From positions 5,394,001 through 5,458,000 of the forward strand of contig OZ176056.1 in assembly GCA_964247055.1 (NCBI GenBank): DNA of 64,000 nt. Direction: 5' to 3'. The translations under genes and the position numbers were made by a program. Under the pieces are notes generated by a model. That model worked only from the letters and a program-made list of their open reading frames with translations, was not told where the DNA came from and did not search any database. The DNA is from Paragordius varius (taxonomy: Eukaryota; Animalia; Nematomorpha). Shown piece by piece: positions 21,901 through 37,374 of this stretch. Every line of letters begins with the position of its first letter. Position 1 is the stretch's first letter.

Positions 21901-24900
21901 TTCTGCATGTTAAAATTTAATAAGAAAATAATTAAAAACATAAAAAATTTTAAAAAACTAATTTGTATAAAATCCTTTTACGATAAAATTATGCGCCATC
22001 AAAATCAAATAATATGTTTATATGGCGAACTATTTAAAAAAACTCTAATATTAGCTAACTATGTGTTTTTTAATTCAATATATACTAACAATGTGTGCCT
22101 CAACATATATCAAATCATAAATAATAAAAATTCTATAATCTCTGCACTTTAATTATTGATGATTTTAGTTCGAATATTTTTTTCAAAGAATATTTACAAG
22201 ATCTTGGCAAATAAATCAATTAAAAAATAAATACCAGCCATAGTATTTGATTTTTCATTTTCTTTAGCTTCCATCCCAGATCCATTATTTGCCACTTCTG
22301 GATATTTTAAAATACATACTATATAATTGATATATCTAAGTTATATATTGCTAAATTGATCATAAATTAGTTTTTATAATTTAGAGACAACCCACTATAT
22401 CTCTCAATCGGAAAAATATAATCTCAAAATTATGATTTTTAGCAATCGGCTATTTTTAAATAATTTGATATAATTTTTTACAAAAAATAAGTAAAGTGGT
22501 GAACATCAGAAGGTTAAATAATTCACATTTTTAAATTTAATAATTTGGCTACTTTTGTTAAAAAAGCTTTCATATAATATATAAAATAAAGTGTAATAAT
22601 CCATCAGATTGAAATAATTAAATTAAATTTAATTTTTTGAATATAATCGGACTTTCATCAAAATTTAATTATTTAAAGAATTTAAAAATCATTACTTGGC
22701 CTCATCGGAGTTTAATAATATGTTTGCAAAATTATTTCTACATAAAAAGATAGTCACCTAACAAGCAAACTTTACAATTGGGGGTTTATAATTATCAATC
22801 CATTTAAAGAGAATCTTATGTTATTTGTTTTTTAAGCGGTGACTTTTAAGTTCATGCCATCTATGTTTACTATAAAATAATTTTTGAATTTGGGCACCAC
22901 TGCCCTTATTTTGGTGTTATGTTACATTTGAGAATAAGACCATAAATATGATAATATAAATTTATTAGATAATGTTACTCAAAATATTTAATCATTGATA
23001 TAAGAAAAATAACTTTTATTTATTAGAAAAAAAAATATACCAATTGTATTTGTATTATTAGCAGGATTGTCCATGTTTTCTTTGTTAAATATTATTTAGA
23101 GTAAAATATTTAATATTTTACATTGTTATATTAATACTAAAACATCATTAGTAAAATGCAAGGTGTAATATTTATCTGAATATATTGCAAAAAGGGTTGT
23201 GCAGTTAAAATATGCCCTTATAGCCTCACACAGTGGCGGAACTATAATTGTGAGCCGCCCCGCAAGCTTTAAATACTGGCAACCTTTCCCCCCAAAAAAT
23301 CGTATGAAGTTATCTTTTGATCTGGCGCCTCACTTAGATTCCTAAACATATATTTAAACCTATCCTACTATGAAGATAAAATTCCTAATTCAAAAGACAG
23401 CTTGTTAAGTGAAGCTTTCTCTATTTTTGGCATCACATATTCGTTGATATAAACACATTGTCAACATATGCGTAGAATACGGGCCCATCTAGGAATAGCA
23501 GCGGGGAAACTGCTTAAATATAAATTAATTGCTAAAAGTTATTTTTACGGAATTCGGATAAATAAATTTTGACATTTGTTTAGTCAGAATAAATTATTTT
23601 AATATGGTTTTTTGATATTATAATAACGGGGCATCGAACCGGTCCTAAAAAAGTAGAATTAGAACCGGGCTTTAATTTCAAAATGAATCGCTTCCTAAAA
23701 CAGCAACAGGTTCCAATACGACTCATAAATATGAAATAATGTATTGATTAAATGGAACATTAATGTGCGGACCGCCAAGTTTTTAAATTTTGAGAATGGC
23801 CCTCTTAAATTGCCGAGCATTGTTTTGTTACTCCTTATCAAAATTACGAAATCGGTAATATTGTTTTAAAGAAGCAATATTATTTGATTGCGTTAAAGCT
23901 ATAGAAATGGTTAGGGAACCTTATGGTGATGGGCCGCGTAGCCCCTTAAAGCACTACCTCTTTAAATCAAAAAATATCTTTTTAAATAATTACTTTTGCC
24001 ATTATGTAATATAAAATCTACCAATTGAAGTGTTACGGTCAGGCTGTCGACTCGATTCACTCTTTTTTTCTTTTGCCACTAAAGTTATTATGAAAAATAA
24101 AGTCTTAAATTTATATAATTATATTATTAATTATATCATTATAAGATTTCAATTTTTCTGTAGGATATCTGATAAAAAAATTGAAATTTTTGCATTATGT
24201 AAATTATCTCAGTAAGCCTAGTGATATGTTCAGGCTACCACTGGATTCACTGTATTTTCTTTTGACACGAAAGATATTATTTTAAATGAATAAATTTATA
24301 TAATTATAATTATAAAATATATCAATATGAGGTTTCAATTTTCCTGTAGGATAACCCTAGCCTCTAAGTATGCAATTAAGCTATTACGCATGATTCAGAT
24401 AAATAGGCTGTTAAATATTCTTGAATTTTTTGAACAAAACACCGAATTCGGATGTTAAAATTGAAGAAGAAAATAATTATAGACATATCATAATAAGTAG
24501 TTACAACAAAACCAATTTGTTTAATAATCTTTTTATGTTAAAATTAATATAAAATAGCCTACTAAAATTATTTCGATATAGTGCCATACCGCTAATGATA
24601 ACATTATTGCAATCAATAATTATTACTAAACTTAGAATGTGCTTTTAAATATACTAACAAAATGTAGTGCCTCACCATATATCAAATCATAAATAGTTAA
24701 AATTCTATGAGCTTTAAGACACTATAACTATTGATGATTTTAGTTACAATCCTTTTTTTTTCAAAGAAAATTTGTATCAAAGATCTTGGCAAAAAATTAA
24801 TTGAAAAAATAAAAACCAGAGATATTGCTAGGTTTTACACTCTCTCTAGATTTCATATCAGATCCAGCATTTGTTTCTTAAGATTTTAAAATACATAATA

Positions 24901-27712
24901 TTAATTATTATTCAATCAAATTAAATGCTAAATCGGTCATAAATGTATCATAATTTTCATTCAACTCACTAATTCTAAAATTTATCATAAACAGGTTAGT
25001 TACACATTTAAACTAACAATCAAACTTTACAGTTGGGATTTATTATAAAACGTTAAATATTCAATCAAAGATATCAATATATAGAGCCTTATATTTTATT
25101 TGTTTTATAAGCGACTTTCACGGTCATGTCATCTAAGTTATTGTAAAATTAATTTTTTGGATTTGGGTATTGCCCTTGCTGATATTACATCATATTTTTC
25201 TAAAATTGCTTATATATTAATTATTCTAAAAGAAAAATACGATTTTTTGATCGTTATTATCTGATAATATCATAATAATTTAATATCTCAAGTTTTATCA
25301 TTTTATTTTTAATTATGGTTATTTTTCATTTTTTGCCTAATTTTGATTTTCTATCAATATTTGAAAAACTAAGTCGTTTATATAAAAATTTTCTGGCAAA
25401 AAATTCGCTGGTTAGAACTTCATGAAAAAAAATAGATATAAAAATTGACCTTCTTTTTTACACACAGTGAAATAGTTGTTAACTAATTTATATCTATAAA
25501 TATATTTAAAGATTATTTAATAATATGCCGTAAATTGGCTTTTCGATTAGCAATCACAAATTGGAAATAACTTTCTTTAATCTTGGGGCCCCCTATAACA
25601 ATTTTCTTACATATTTTTACGAGATTGTATATCATAATTTTGTGTTTAAAATTTAAAAATTCGCATATAAAAGATTAAATTTGAGCCATGTCAAAAATTA
25701 AATTATTTAGGCATGGGAATCATGTATTAAATATTACATTAAAATTATTTTTATTCACAAAAAAACGATTAATATATCTATAATCCAAACTTCTCAAAAC
25801 TTAATATAAAACAAATAGCCTACTAAAACTTTTTACGCTAATGATACCTATGAATTTTTTCATAAATATTATGCCATCAAAACTCAAATGTGTATTTTGG
25901 CGAAAAATATAGTAGAATGTGTTGAATTCAATATATATATTAAATAATTTTAATGGCTTAACATATCTCAAATTATAAATTTTAAAAATTGTATGACCTC
26001 TAAACTGTAATTATGTTGATTTTAGTTGCAATCCTTTTTTAAGATAATTTGTGAGAAACAATCAAGAAAAATAATTAGATAACTATATACCAGTGATATT
26101 CTTTGGTTTTACGTTTTCTTCCATTCTAGATCCATTTGTTACTTCTGGATTTTATAATACATAATATATAACTAATATATCTAAGTTAAATATTGCGAAA
26201 TCGGTCATAAATGTAGTTTTTATAATTTTCATACCACCATATCTCAATCGGAAAATATAGAATAACTCAAAATGATTTTTAGTAGTCGGCTATTTTTGAC
26301 GAGTAAGTTAAGTGTGTGAACCATCAGATTTTTCAATATAATTCAATTTTTTAAAAATTTAATAATTTGGATACTTTTGTTGTAAAACCTTTTACATATA
26401 TAATAAATAAAGTGCAATAATTCAGATTGAAATAATTAAAAATATTATAAAAAACAATATTTTAAATCTAATTAGAATGTCATAAAATTATTTTTCAATT
26501 TGCTATGCATCGGACTCTAAAAATATATTTGCAAATATATTACATAACAGGTTAGTTACTCATTTTATCTAATAACCAAAATTTACATTTGGGGGTTAAA
26601 AATAATCAATTCTTCTAAATTATTTGTTTTATAAACGGTTTTTACGTTATTGTTGTCTAAGTTAACTATAAAATTAATTTTTTCAGAATAATATCAGCAT
26701 AAATATGATAATATATAAATAAAAAAATAATCATATTCAAAATTATATTAAAACATTGATATACGAAATATAACTTTTAGCTATTATATGAAAAAATATA
26801 CCAATTGGATTATTATTTTTAGCGGGCACAATGTCCATATTTCCTTTGGAATCTAAAATATTATTTAGAGTGAGGTATTTAATAATATAGTATAGATTGT
26901 TATATTAATATAAAAACATCAGTAATAAAATGCGAGATCTAATATTTATAAGAATACATTGCAAAAAGGGTTCTGCGATCAAAAAATATACTCTTATAGG
27001 CTTATAATCATTAAACGCTACTTGTTTTATAAATCTAAAAAAGCGTTTTTATTGATTGATAAAATATTTGTCTTTGGGAAAAATGCTATGTTTCGACTGT
27101 TCGGGAAAAACGTTTTATTGACTGGGAAAACGTTTCGATTGAATATAATTGTTAAACATACATCAATAACAGTATGATTACACATCTATTTCAAGACAAC
27201 AACTCAATTTTATAATTATATTTGGGAGTTGACTAATCAACACTTTGTTTCAGATATTAATACAGGAGATTCGGTGTAAATTATTTTTATAGCAGATGTA
27301 TTTATCACAATTGACTTCGCGATCCGCATTTTAGGATCAAAAATCCGAAGGGTCACATTATCGAAATTGAGCACAAACATTTTATTTAATTTTTAACATG
27401 ACTGTAAAAACTAATATTTATTTACATAATGTTGTTAATTTTTGCCAAAATTATCGAAATAGGAAAATTTGTTTTGGAAACAAAATTTTTTGATCCTAAA
27501 TCTATATAAATGGTTAGAGACCGAAGGATGATAGGCTGTGTTTTTACCCTGTGTAGTGTACTACCTTAATTGTGATACCATGTATTAAAATAATATCCAC
27601 ATAAACGTGAAAATAAATTTAAGAAATAACTTTTATAAAAAATATTTTTACTATAAAATATATTAATAAACCACTGATAAAACAACTTTTGCCATTCATA
27701 ATATAAATCTAC

Positions 27713-27772
27713 CAGTTGTAGTGTTAGGGGCTTCAAAATCACCATTGGTTTGAATCTTATTTTGTTTTGACT
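27713..27772 (-). CDS. Putative phase 1-1 micro-exon, Y-type: (E)SKQNKIQTNGDFEAPNTTT(G); copy at 46502-46561
   Basis: tatAG/aaAG acceptor, GTAGAT donor, 60 nt, open. The unit 1 copy (~2180-2245) has the acceptor mutated to TG. Confidence 0.7.
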
Positions 27773-30049
27773 CTATAGTTTTATTTTAATTAAAGTTTTA
27801 AAATATAACATATTCATAAAAGATTCAATTTTTCTGCAGGATACCCTCTGCTAAGTATGCAATTACAATTACGCATGATCGAGATAAATTGGCCGTTAAT
27901 ATTTTTGTAGAGTTTGTATACTTTTTTAACAAAACACCGAATTCAGCATGATAAAATTTAATAAGAAAACAATTAATAACATTAATTTTTAAAAAACTAA
28001 TTTGTATAAATATCCTTTTACAATAAAATTATACGCCATCAAAAAATCAGATAATATGTTTATAAGGCAAACTCTTTAAAAAACTTTAAATTATTAGTTA
28101 ACTTAAAATGTGTTTTTCAATTCAATATATACTAACAAATTGTGCCTCAACATATATCAAATCATAAGTAAAAATACTATGATCTGTGCACTTTAATTAT
28201 TGATAATTTTAGTTCGAATACTTATTTTTCAAAGAAAATTTATTGAAAATTTAAGATCTTGGCAAAATCAATTAAAAAAATAAATACCAGCCATAGTATT
28301 TGATTTTTCACTTTCTTTAGCTTCCATCCCAGATCCATTATTTGCTACTTCTGGATATGTTAAAATACATACTAAATTGATATATCTAAGTTATATATTG
28401 CTAAATTGATCATAAATTAGTTTTTATAATTTAGAGACAACCCACTATATCTCTCAATCGGAAAAATATAATCACAAAATTATGATTTTTAGAAATCGGC
28501 TATTTTTAAATAATTTGATATAATTTTTTACAAAAAATAAGTAAAGTGGTGAACATCAGATGGTTAAATAATTCACATTTTTAAATTTAATAATTTGGCT
28601 ACTTTTGTTGAAAAAGCTTTCATATAATATATAAAATAAAGTGTAATACATCAGATTGAAATAATTAAATTAAATTTAATTTTTTGAATATAATCGGACT
28701 TAAAATTTAATTATTTAAAGATTTTAAAAATCATTTTTCAAACTTGGCCTCATCGGAGTTTAATAATATGTTTGCAAAATTATTTCTACATAAAAAGATA
28801 GTTACTAATTCACCTATCAAGCAAACTTTACAATTGGGGGTTTATAATTATCAATCCATTTAAAGAGAATCTTATGTTATTTGTTTTATAAGCGGTGACT
28901 TTTAAGTTCATGCCATCTATGTTTACTGTAAAATAATTTTTGAATTTGGGCACCATTGCCCTTATTTTGGTGTTATGTTACATTTGAGAATAAGACCATA
29001 AATATGATAAAATATATTTATTAGATAATGTTACTCAAAATTATATTTAACCATTGATATAAGAAATATAACTTTTATCTATTAGAACAAAAATATACCA
29101 ATTGTATTAGTATTATTAGCTGGATTGTCCATGTTTTCTTCGTCTTTAAATATTATTTAGAATAAAGTATTTAATATTTTACATTGTTATATTAATACTA
29201 AAACATCATTAATAAAATGCAAGGTCTAATATTTATAAGAATATATTGCAAAAAGGGTTGTGCAGTTATATAGCCTCACACAGTGGCGGAACTATAAATT
29301 GTGGGCCCCCCCGCAAGCTTTAAATACTGGCCAACCTTTGCCCCCAAAAAAATCGTATGAAGTTATCTTTTGACCTGGCACCTCACTTAGATTCCTAAAC
29401 ATATATTTAAATCCTACTATGAAGATTAAATTCCTAATTCAAAAGACAGCTTGTTAAGTGAAGCTTTCTCTATTTTTGGCATGCTCACATATTCGTTGAT
29501 ATAAACAGATTGTCAACATATGCGTAGAATACGGGCCCATCTAGGAATAGCAGCGGGGAAACTGCTTAAATATAAATTAATTGCTAAATATTATTTTTTA
29601 GAATTCGGATAAATAAATTTTGACATTTGTTTAGTCAGAATAAATTATTTTTTATGATAATATGGTTTTTTGATATTATAAAAACAGGGCTTCGAACCGG
29701 TCTAAAAAAGTAGAATTAGAACCGGGCTTTAATTTCAAAATGAATCTCTTCCTAAAACAGCAACAGGTTCCAATACAACTTGATAAATATGAAATAAGAT
29801 TGATTAAATGGAACATTAATGTGCGTACCGCCAAGTTTTTAAATTTTAAGAATGGCCCATTAAAATTGCTGATCACTGTTTAAGTGTGTGATGAAAGTTT
29901 ATCGAAAATTTGTTAACTAAAGATAAATTTCAAAATAACATGAATCAAAGGTTAAAAACATTAGAAAAATAATGCACATTTGTATACCAGAAAACATATG
30001 TTAGCCAATTGACTTAATAATAAAATATGTGAAATAACAATCATTCTGT

Positions 30050-32875
30050 TAAAATTTAATGAATGTCCTTCAGGATTGCAATACAAAACATTTTTTACAA
30101 TAAAGCTATTTCTCATACAACGTTGTAAAATGAATTGACCCACATTAATGTGGTTGGCCTGCATAAATTGCATATTCCATCCAACGTGCTTTAGGGCGCC
30201 CTTTCCCCTCTTGCCTTTCACAATATAATCATCAATCTGTTTACCAATGTAAATATTAGCTCTTCTTTTAACATGTCCGAACCATCTAAAACGATTTACC
30301 ATAAACTTTTGCGTTATTGGTTTGATTTCCGTACTTCCTCTTATGTAGACATTCTTCACCTTGTCATTCCTCGTTACACCGCACATCAATCTAAGCATTA
30401 TCATTTCAGTAACCTCCAAGTTCTCTTCTGATTTCTTTATTGCCCATGTCTGTGAGTTGTACATCATTTTTGGCTGTACAACAGCACTGTAAATCTGACC
30501 CTTTACTTTTAGGTCAATATTTTTGTCACACAAAACATATGAGATCTTTTTATAATTTGCCCAACTATTTCGAATTCTTAAATTAATATCAAGTGTTAAA
30601 GAACCATCTGCTGCTAAAATCGCTCCTAAATATTTGCATTCCTCCTGTTTAATACCCATCCTTCTTCTAATTCTATTTCTCGTTTTTTCCCGCCAAAATT
30701 TATCAGTTCTGTTTTCTTTTTATTAACTTTTAATCCGCATCGTCGTAACACATCAATCCATTTACCCACCAATTCTTTCAATTCATGCAACTCGTCGGAC
30801 AGCCTTATTAGGTCGTCTGCATAAAGAAAATACAGCCACCATGTTGCCCCACTTCTTTTGAAATTTGGTCTATGCATATTATAAATAGTAACGGGCTGAT
30901 TGCAGACACCTGATCCTTCGTTTATTTTAATAGAACCTGACCCTGGTGTGTTTTAATTTTGGTTTGGGAATCGTACATGCATTTTAAAATCTTTTTGTAC
31001 CTTTCAGGGACGTTTTTCCGTCTTAAGCTCCACCATATTGTGCGCCGTGGTATTCTGTCAAAAGCCTTTTCAATATCAATACAAATACCATGCAACTCCT
31101 TTTTCATTTCTATATGCTTCTCGATTAGCCTTCTTACTGCGATCGGATCAATGGTGGACTTTCCTGAAAAAAAACCAAATTGATTACCCTCTATTATAAC
31201 CATTTTTCTCATTCTTTTCTCTAATACTTTCTCAAATAACTTCATTGTATGCGACATCTCTAATTATTACAATCATTAATATCTCCTTTACCCTTGAAAA
31301 TGGGAACAGTGAAACTCTTCTTCCATTCGGTTGGTATCATGCCTGTAGTTACTACATTATTAAAAATATCCGTCAAAAATTCAATACCTTTCTCTGACAT
31401 TATTTTCCAACAGTTTATGTTATTATCGTCCGGACCTGCAGCCTTATTTAGTGACATCTCTTTCAAACCAGCCTGGACTTCTTCTTTTGTTATACTTTCA
31501 ATATGCGCAGATATATAATCTGGTGTTGGAAAATTTGTTTCACTGACGCCCAATTCAAGCTCCTGGAAGTATTCTTTCCACATTTTCAATATTTTCGATT
31601 CCTCAACGAGTAATTTGCCGTTTTTATCTTTAATAGCTGTCCCGTAAGGGGGCAAGTCTAGCTTTCTTCTGTGTCTTTGTCGAGCAATTTTAAAAACTTT
31701 GTTTAGATCTTGCTTACTGTTTACCTCTTTATATAATGATGAAGTCTTATCTTTTTTGACCCATTTTACAAGCCTTTTAAGTTCCTTATTAATCCTTTTA
31801 CATTTTTCCTTGTCTCCTGCTTGGTGGGTAAACCTCCACATTTCAAAAGCTTTATTTCAGCCATGCCTCTCTATAAACCTGATTCACCTTTCATTCCGCA
31901 CACCTTAACTCCCGCCTTCATATTTTTTTTGGCAATTGAGACCAAACATTTTCTGGATCACTGTTCCTGTCTAGTATGCCTACCGTTTCTACAAATCTCT
32001 CTTTACTGTTTCTTAGGAATTCCCATTTAATTACCTTCGGCGCTATAAGCTTTCGGCATTTATTGGTATATCTGTCATATATTTACACATAATTAAATTA
32101 TGTTGTGTGCTAATCTGCAGGTAGGTATGACTTTGCAGTCCAAAACAAACTTTAAAGACTTTCGTGGCAATAGAATATAATCCATTTGTAACTTCTTATT
32201 TCCACTTTCGTAGGTAATTAAGTGGCTATCCCTTTTAGTGTATTTGCTATAGCAATGTTATAGGATTGGGCAAATTTTAATAAACTAGCCCCTTCTTCAT
32301 TTATGACCCCGTAACCTTTTCCGCCGTGCCAAGGCTAAAACCTCTCCTATTTTGTCCCACGTGCCCATTGAAATCACCACAAAATATGATTTCTTTGTCT
32401 TTCGTTAATGAAGTCATTTCTGCGTCTAACAAATCATAAAATTTATCTTTCTCTGGTTTAGCCAACCCTATCTGGGGGGCCTAAACGCTAAAGATAGTAA
32501 AAACCCTCTTATTTAACAATAGGTCGACACTTATAATTCTACTGTCAGCACGTCTAACCTCAATTACTTGATTGGCAAATCATGAACACACTATTATGGC
32601 GACCCTACTGTAACCATCCGTAGAACCTGAATAAAACATTTTATAATTATCCTCTAATGTCTTAGTACCATTTCCACGGTATCTGGTCTCCTGAATGCCC
32701 AAAAAATTTACTTTTTTTACCCTCATAATTTAACTAAATCATATTACTTACTTTTTAACGAACCAACATTTATACTGGCAAAACACACTCTACAACATTC
32801 CTTATCCCTATTGACCCCTACCTCCGTGCAATGGCTGGATCTGGCCTGCACGCCTTACAAAAAACACCCATAAAA
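30050..32875 (-). mobile_element. RTE-clade retrotransposon pseudogene, copy 2
   Basis: Same motifs as 8250-11070; ORF fragments at 29961-30659, 30626-30877, 30922-31257 and 31260-31841. Confidence 0.93.
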
Positions 32876-35525
32876 AACAAAAATACAATATAGAAGAATA
32901 ATAATAGATAAAACTAAAATATATAGGAACTAATATGTAAATGCAACCAAAAAAGAATCAAAAAATTTGAACCAAAAAATAAAAAAAAATACATAAATAA
33001 ATTATATCAATAAATAAAAATGAAATTAAATACGCATCTAGAATTATGATTTGGAATATGTAATAATAAAACAATAAATAGAAAAATTATAAGAAAAATA
33101 TTATAAAGGTAATTACGCGCCATTTTTGAATGAATGTCTCAGTAATATATAAAATTATCCATCAGATCGATATAATTAAAAATATTATATATAATTTAGT
33201 ATTTTAAAGATAATTAGACTTTAATCAAAATTTAATTATTTGGAGTGAAAAAAGTCATTTATCAAATTGCTATGCATTGGAGTCTAAATATATATTTGCA
33301 AAATTTATTAACAGGTTAGATAAACATTTGGCCTGACAACCAACTTTACAATTGGCGGTAATTAAAATTAATTAGTCATTGTTACTCTAAATTATAATAA
33401 ACCATTGATATAAAAATTATAACTTTATGCTATTATATAAAAAAAATATACCAATTGGATTAGTGTCATTGTTAGCAGGCGCAACCTTAGATGGACTCGC
33501 AATGTTTCCTTTGGAATCTTAAAATTAGTTAGAGTGAAATAATTAATAATTTACATCGTTATATTAATAGAACAATATTAATAAAATGCGAGGTCTATTG
33601 AAGAATATATTGCAAAAAAGGGTTTTGCAGTCAAAAATTTATACCCTTATAGCCTCATAATCAAACGCTATTTTCTTGTTTTATAATTCACAAAAGCGTT
33701 TTTATAATTGAGAAAATATTCTTGATTGGGTAAATTATAAATTAATCGGAATATCAATCAAACTTTTTCAAATGTTCGGGAAAACGTTTGGATTGACTGG
33801 GAAAACGTTTAGTTCGATTAGAAAATTTCGATTCATATGATTATTAAACAAAATATATGAATAACAGTATGATTACACATTTATTTTATGAACTAGATTT
33901 TATCACTATATTTGGGAGTCGACTAATCTAAACTTTGTTTTAGATATCAAAACAGGAGATTAATTACTTTACGGTGTAATTTATTTTGGGTTTAGAGCAT
34001 TTTTAACATTATGCACCTACTAAATTAATGTACAATGGTGTTAGTTCTTGCCAAAATTCCGAAATATCAAATTGTTTTAGAGAAGCAATAATATTTTAAT
34101 GTTAAAGCTAAAAAATGGTAAGGAAACCGATGGATAATGGGCCGTGTTTTTAACACCCTCTGTAATGTACTACCTTATTGTGAAATTTCGAAATAGGAAA
34201 ATTGTTTTAGGGCAGCAATATTATTTAATGTCAAAGCTATAGAAATGGTTAGGAAACCGATGGATGATATGCCGTGTTTTTAACACTCTGTGTAATGTAC
34301 TACCTTATTTGTTTTATTTGGCATTCTCACATGATTAGGAATTATAAAGTATAAATTTTATGCAAAATAGGAGATAAAATTAGAGGAGTATCAACCAAAA
34401 ATCCTTACAATTTCCTGTAACAAGTTTGTTTTATGACAAATTAATATATTTGTATTGGAATTCGTACGGATTGTTGGATGATATTCCACTAATTTACAAT
34501 CCTATTTTGCATGAATCCCTCATTTAAGAATCCGAATAAACACTCAAAATTTTTATACACTCATGAACCAGATGACAAAAAAAGCAAAAATAAAAAACAA
34601 TATTTTTGGTATTATTTTGATATAGAAGTTTATTTTTTTGAATAAAACATGAATGTTAAGATTTAAATATTGAGTTAAAAATATTAAAAAAATTATTTTA
34701 ATATAGTTTCATTAAATTTTTAGTATTTTAGGTGGGAAAAAAGAAAAACGCCATCATTTTACCTGAAATTTTATAGAAACCTTAACTATATGATTTTAGG
34801 CTATTTATATATTGAAATTATCTCTTAAAATGATAATAAACGATATTATTTCAGATCATTATTTTTTGAAACCGATTTCGATTTTCTCTCAATCTAGTTT
34901 GACAACAAATAAAAATTTTTGCGGCAAATAAATACGATGGTCAAAGCTATCATGAAAAAAAACTTTTTCGTTAAAAATTTTTTTGCACACAGTATATATA
35001 TATATATATATATATGTATATTTTCTTCTTTAATTGCAATTTATTGACTTCTTAATCAGAAACCAACAAATAAAGTGGTAATGAGCGATAAACTAAAAAA
35101 TTATAACTTCTATGATAAATTTTTTAATAAAAAGTTAGTAGATATTTGGACTGCAAATACTAGGTAAATGTTATTATCAAATGATATTAAATTAATGCGA
35201 AATCATTAAAAAATTTATAAATGCAAAGATATGTAAAATATAAAATGTCTATGAATGTCTTTGTACCCATTCCACTTCCTAATGCTGGAGCTGTTACTTC
35301 AGGCACTGTTTTTATAAAAATATTTTGGAAATTAATTATAAAATCTATAAATTTGAATTTTGATTAAATTTAACATAAATTAATAAAAATTTGTCATTTT
35401 AAACAATAAAATATCATATTACAATTCTTAGATTAATAATATACAGAACAAATGGAACAATATTAGGTATATATTAGCCATTTAATTTAGAAACGAGATG
35501 TTTTAAGAGCATTTTATTACATAAA

Positions 35526-35557
<32 letters not shown>

Positions 35558-37140
35558 AAAATCTTTATATATGCATTTTTAAGCGACCTATCTTGATTTA
35601 TTAAAATATCAGGAATAATATGAATTATGTAAGATTGTGGTTATACAACCTTTTTTTTGCGAATGGTGTTATAAAAATGTATATGACGTTAAACCATTTA
35701 AATTTGTTTATATTATATTTTTATAAATATTTTTCTTTAATTTAATATGAATTATATATATATATATATATATATACATACATACAAATATTGGTTTAAT
35801 CAAATTTTGTATATTTTCACTTTTGTCTCAATAATTTCAATATAATCACTACAACATTTTGATAATGTTTTTCACATTTTTTATACCTTATGTTTAACGT
35901 GGAGGCAGGGGCCGAAAAATGTCGCAATGTAAATGTTGATCGTTAAGAAATAAGATATATAGATCAACTATGACGCTAAAAATATAAATTTTTTAGGCAT
36001 TCAATAGACGAATTACCATGGAAATGGTACCAAAACCTTATAGGGTAGATTTCCAATCAGTTTTTAGGATGTATTTACATTAGCGTGATGATATAGGAGG
36101 TAGGGCGACTGACTCATACACTGTGTGCCAGAGTTATCACCCCTAAACTACGCATTTCCATCATCACTGTCAGCCCTTTGTAAACGAGTGTTAATACAAT
36201 TTAAATCCTTACCCTTTATAAAAAAGGAAAAAAGAGATTCCAAACAGTATATTTTTTTATATTTTATTTATATTATGTGATTCCCAAATTTTTCGGTTTT
36301 AATGCTGCTGTTACACATTGCATGTTTCTCAAATAAGTTTCAATTGATACTACATTAAATTATATCACGGTACGCAACAAAAAATAAATGTTAATGATGT
36401 ATTCGATATCTAAAAGCCTCAGGATAATAATATTATATATGGGGTAAAATACTAAAATAAAGTCAAATTTTTTCTCTTTTTAGCCATAATTAAAAAATGG
36501 CATTTTTATTGCCTTAACGTCTAGTATAATTTAATACAATAGATGAAAACACCAAAAATTAATTCTAATATGAAATTTTAAACGAAAATTATCATAAAGA
36601 TTTTACATTTTTTTCGGAGTGCCTCAGAAAGTCTTATAAGAATATGAGCTAAAAATCGCGATTTGGCGTCATACTGGCATTAAACTTGTTAATATGCGGT
36701 AAAAGATTTTGATATTTATTAAAACAATCTTATAGTTATATATAAAGTTTAACCAAATATAGCCTTTAAAAAAGTTTAAACCTTATATAAAAAAGATATT
36801 TTTTGAACGTGTCAATGTGCAATTTTTTAGCTAATTATAAATCTTTAAGGTCCTCCGATAAAATTAGAAATTTTATTGATAATATTTTGCGTTTGAAAAT
36901 ATCCTTATATAGTAAAAATATAAAATTTAGTTGATGAGCTTTCATCTATAAAATTTAATTTTATTTGACAGGTTCATAAAGCCTAATACTTATTAAATAA
37001 CGTTTTTAAGTATTTATTCGCATTCAGTAATTTAATATTTATTACACCGAAACTTTTAGCTATCGAATGGTATATGATTCATTATCCTTTATTTTTGGAC
37101 CCTTTTTTGCCGCATACTATATTTAAATAAATTAAATCAC

Positions 37141-37374
37141 CTGTAATATTAGCTTCACCGTAATACACAGTATTACCAAATTCTGAAGAGACAATTATGG
37201 TTACATTGATGAGTCCAATCATATCGGTAATTATAGTAACACTAGTCGCATTCAGATTGGTATACAAAATTTTTCCTTCCCTGCTTACATTATACAATGA
37301 TATCCCATCATTCGATTCCCAATCCAATTTGATAGAGGAGTCATTATTTATGGTCCAGTTTATTGGGAAAGTTA
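37141..37374 (-). CDS. FN3-like exon #1, unit 2
   Basis: 234 nt, AG/GT boundaries, open frame. Confidence 0.7.

Larger units (their letters stand above)
1..22627. repeat. Super-unit 1 of ~22-kb tandem segmental array (W tail-X-Y-MITE-Z-X'-MITE-RTE-R-FN3 block-spacer-W)
   Basis: Position 1 aligns with ~22628 and ~44323. Identical or near-identical ORFs recur at 1427/26959/45748, 15276/37082/60300 and 21907/43602. Confidence 0.95.

Noticed and set aside
21907-22152. Plus-strand 81-aa ORF MLKFNKK... (and other short plus-strand ORFs at 15391, 38217, 40736, 48628)
   Set aside because: These are antisense shadows of the minus-strand exons or AT-rich chance ORFs, not conserved in frame across paralogs.
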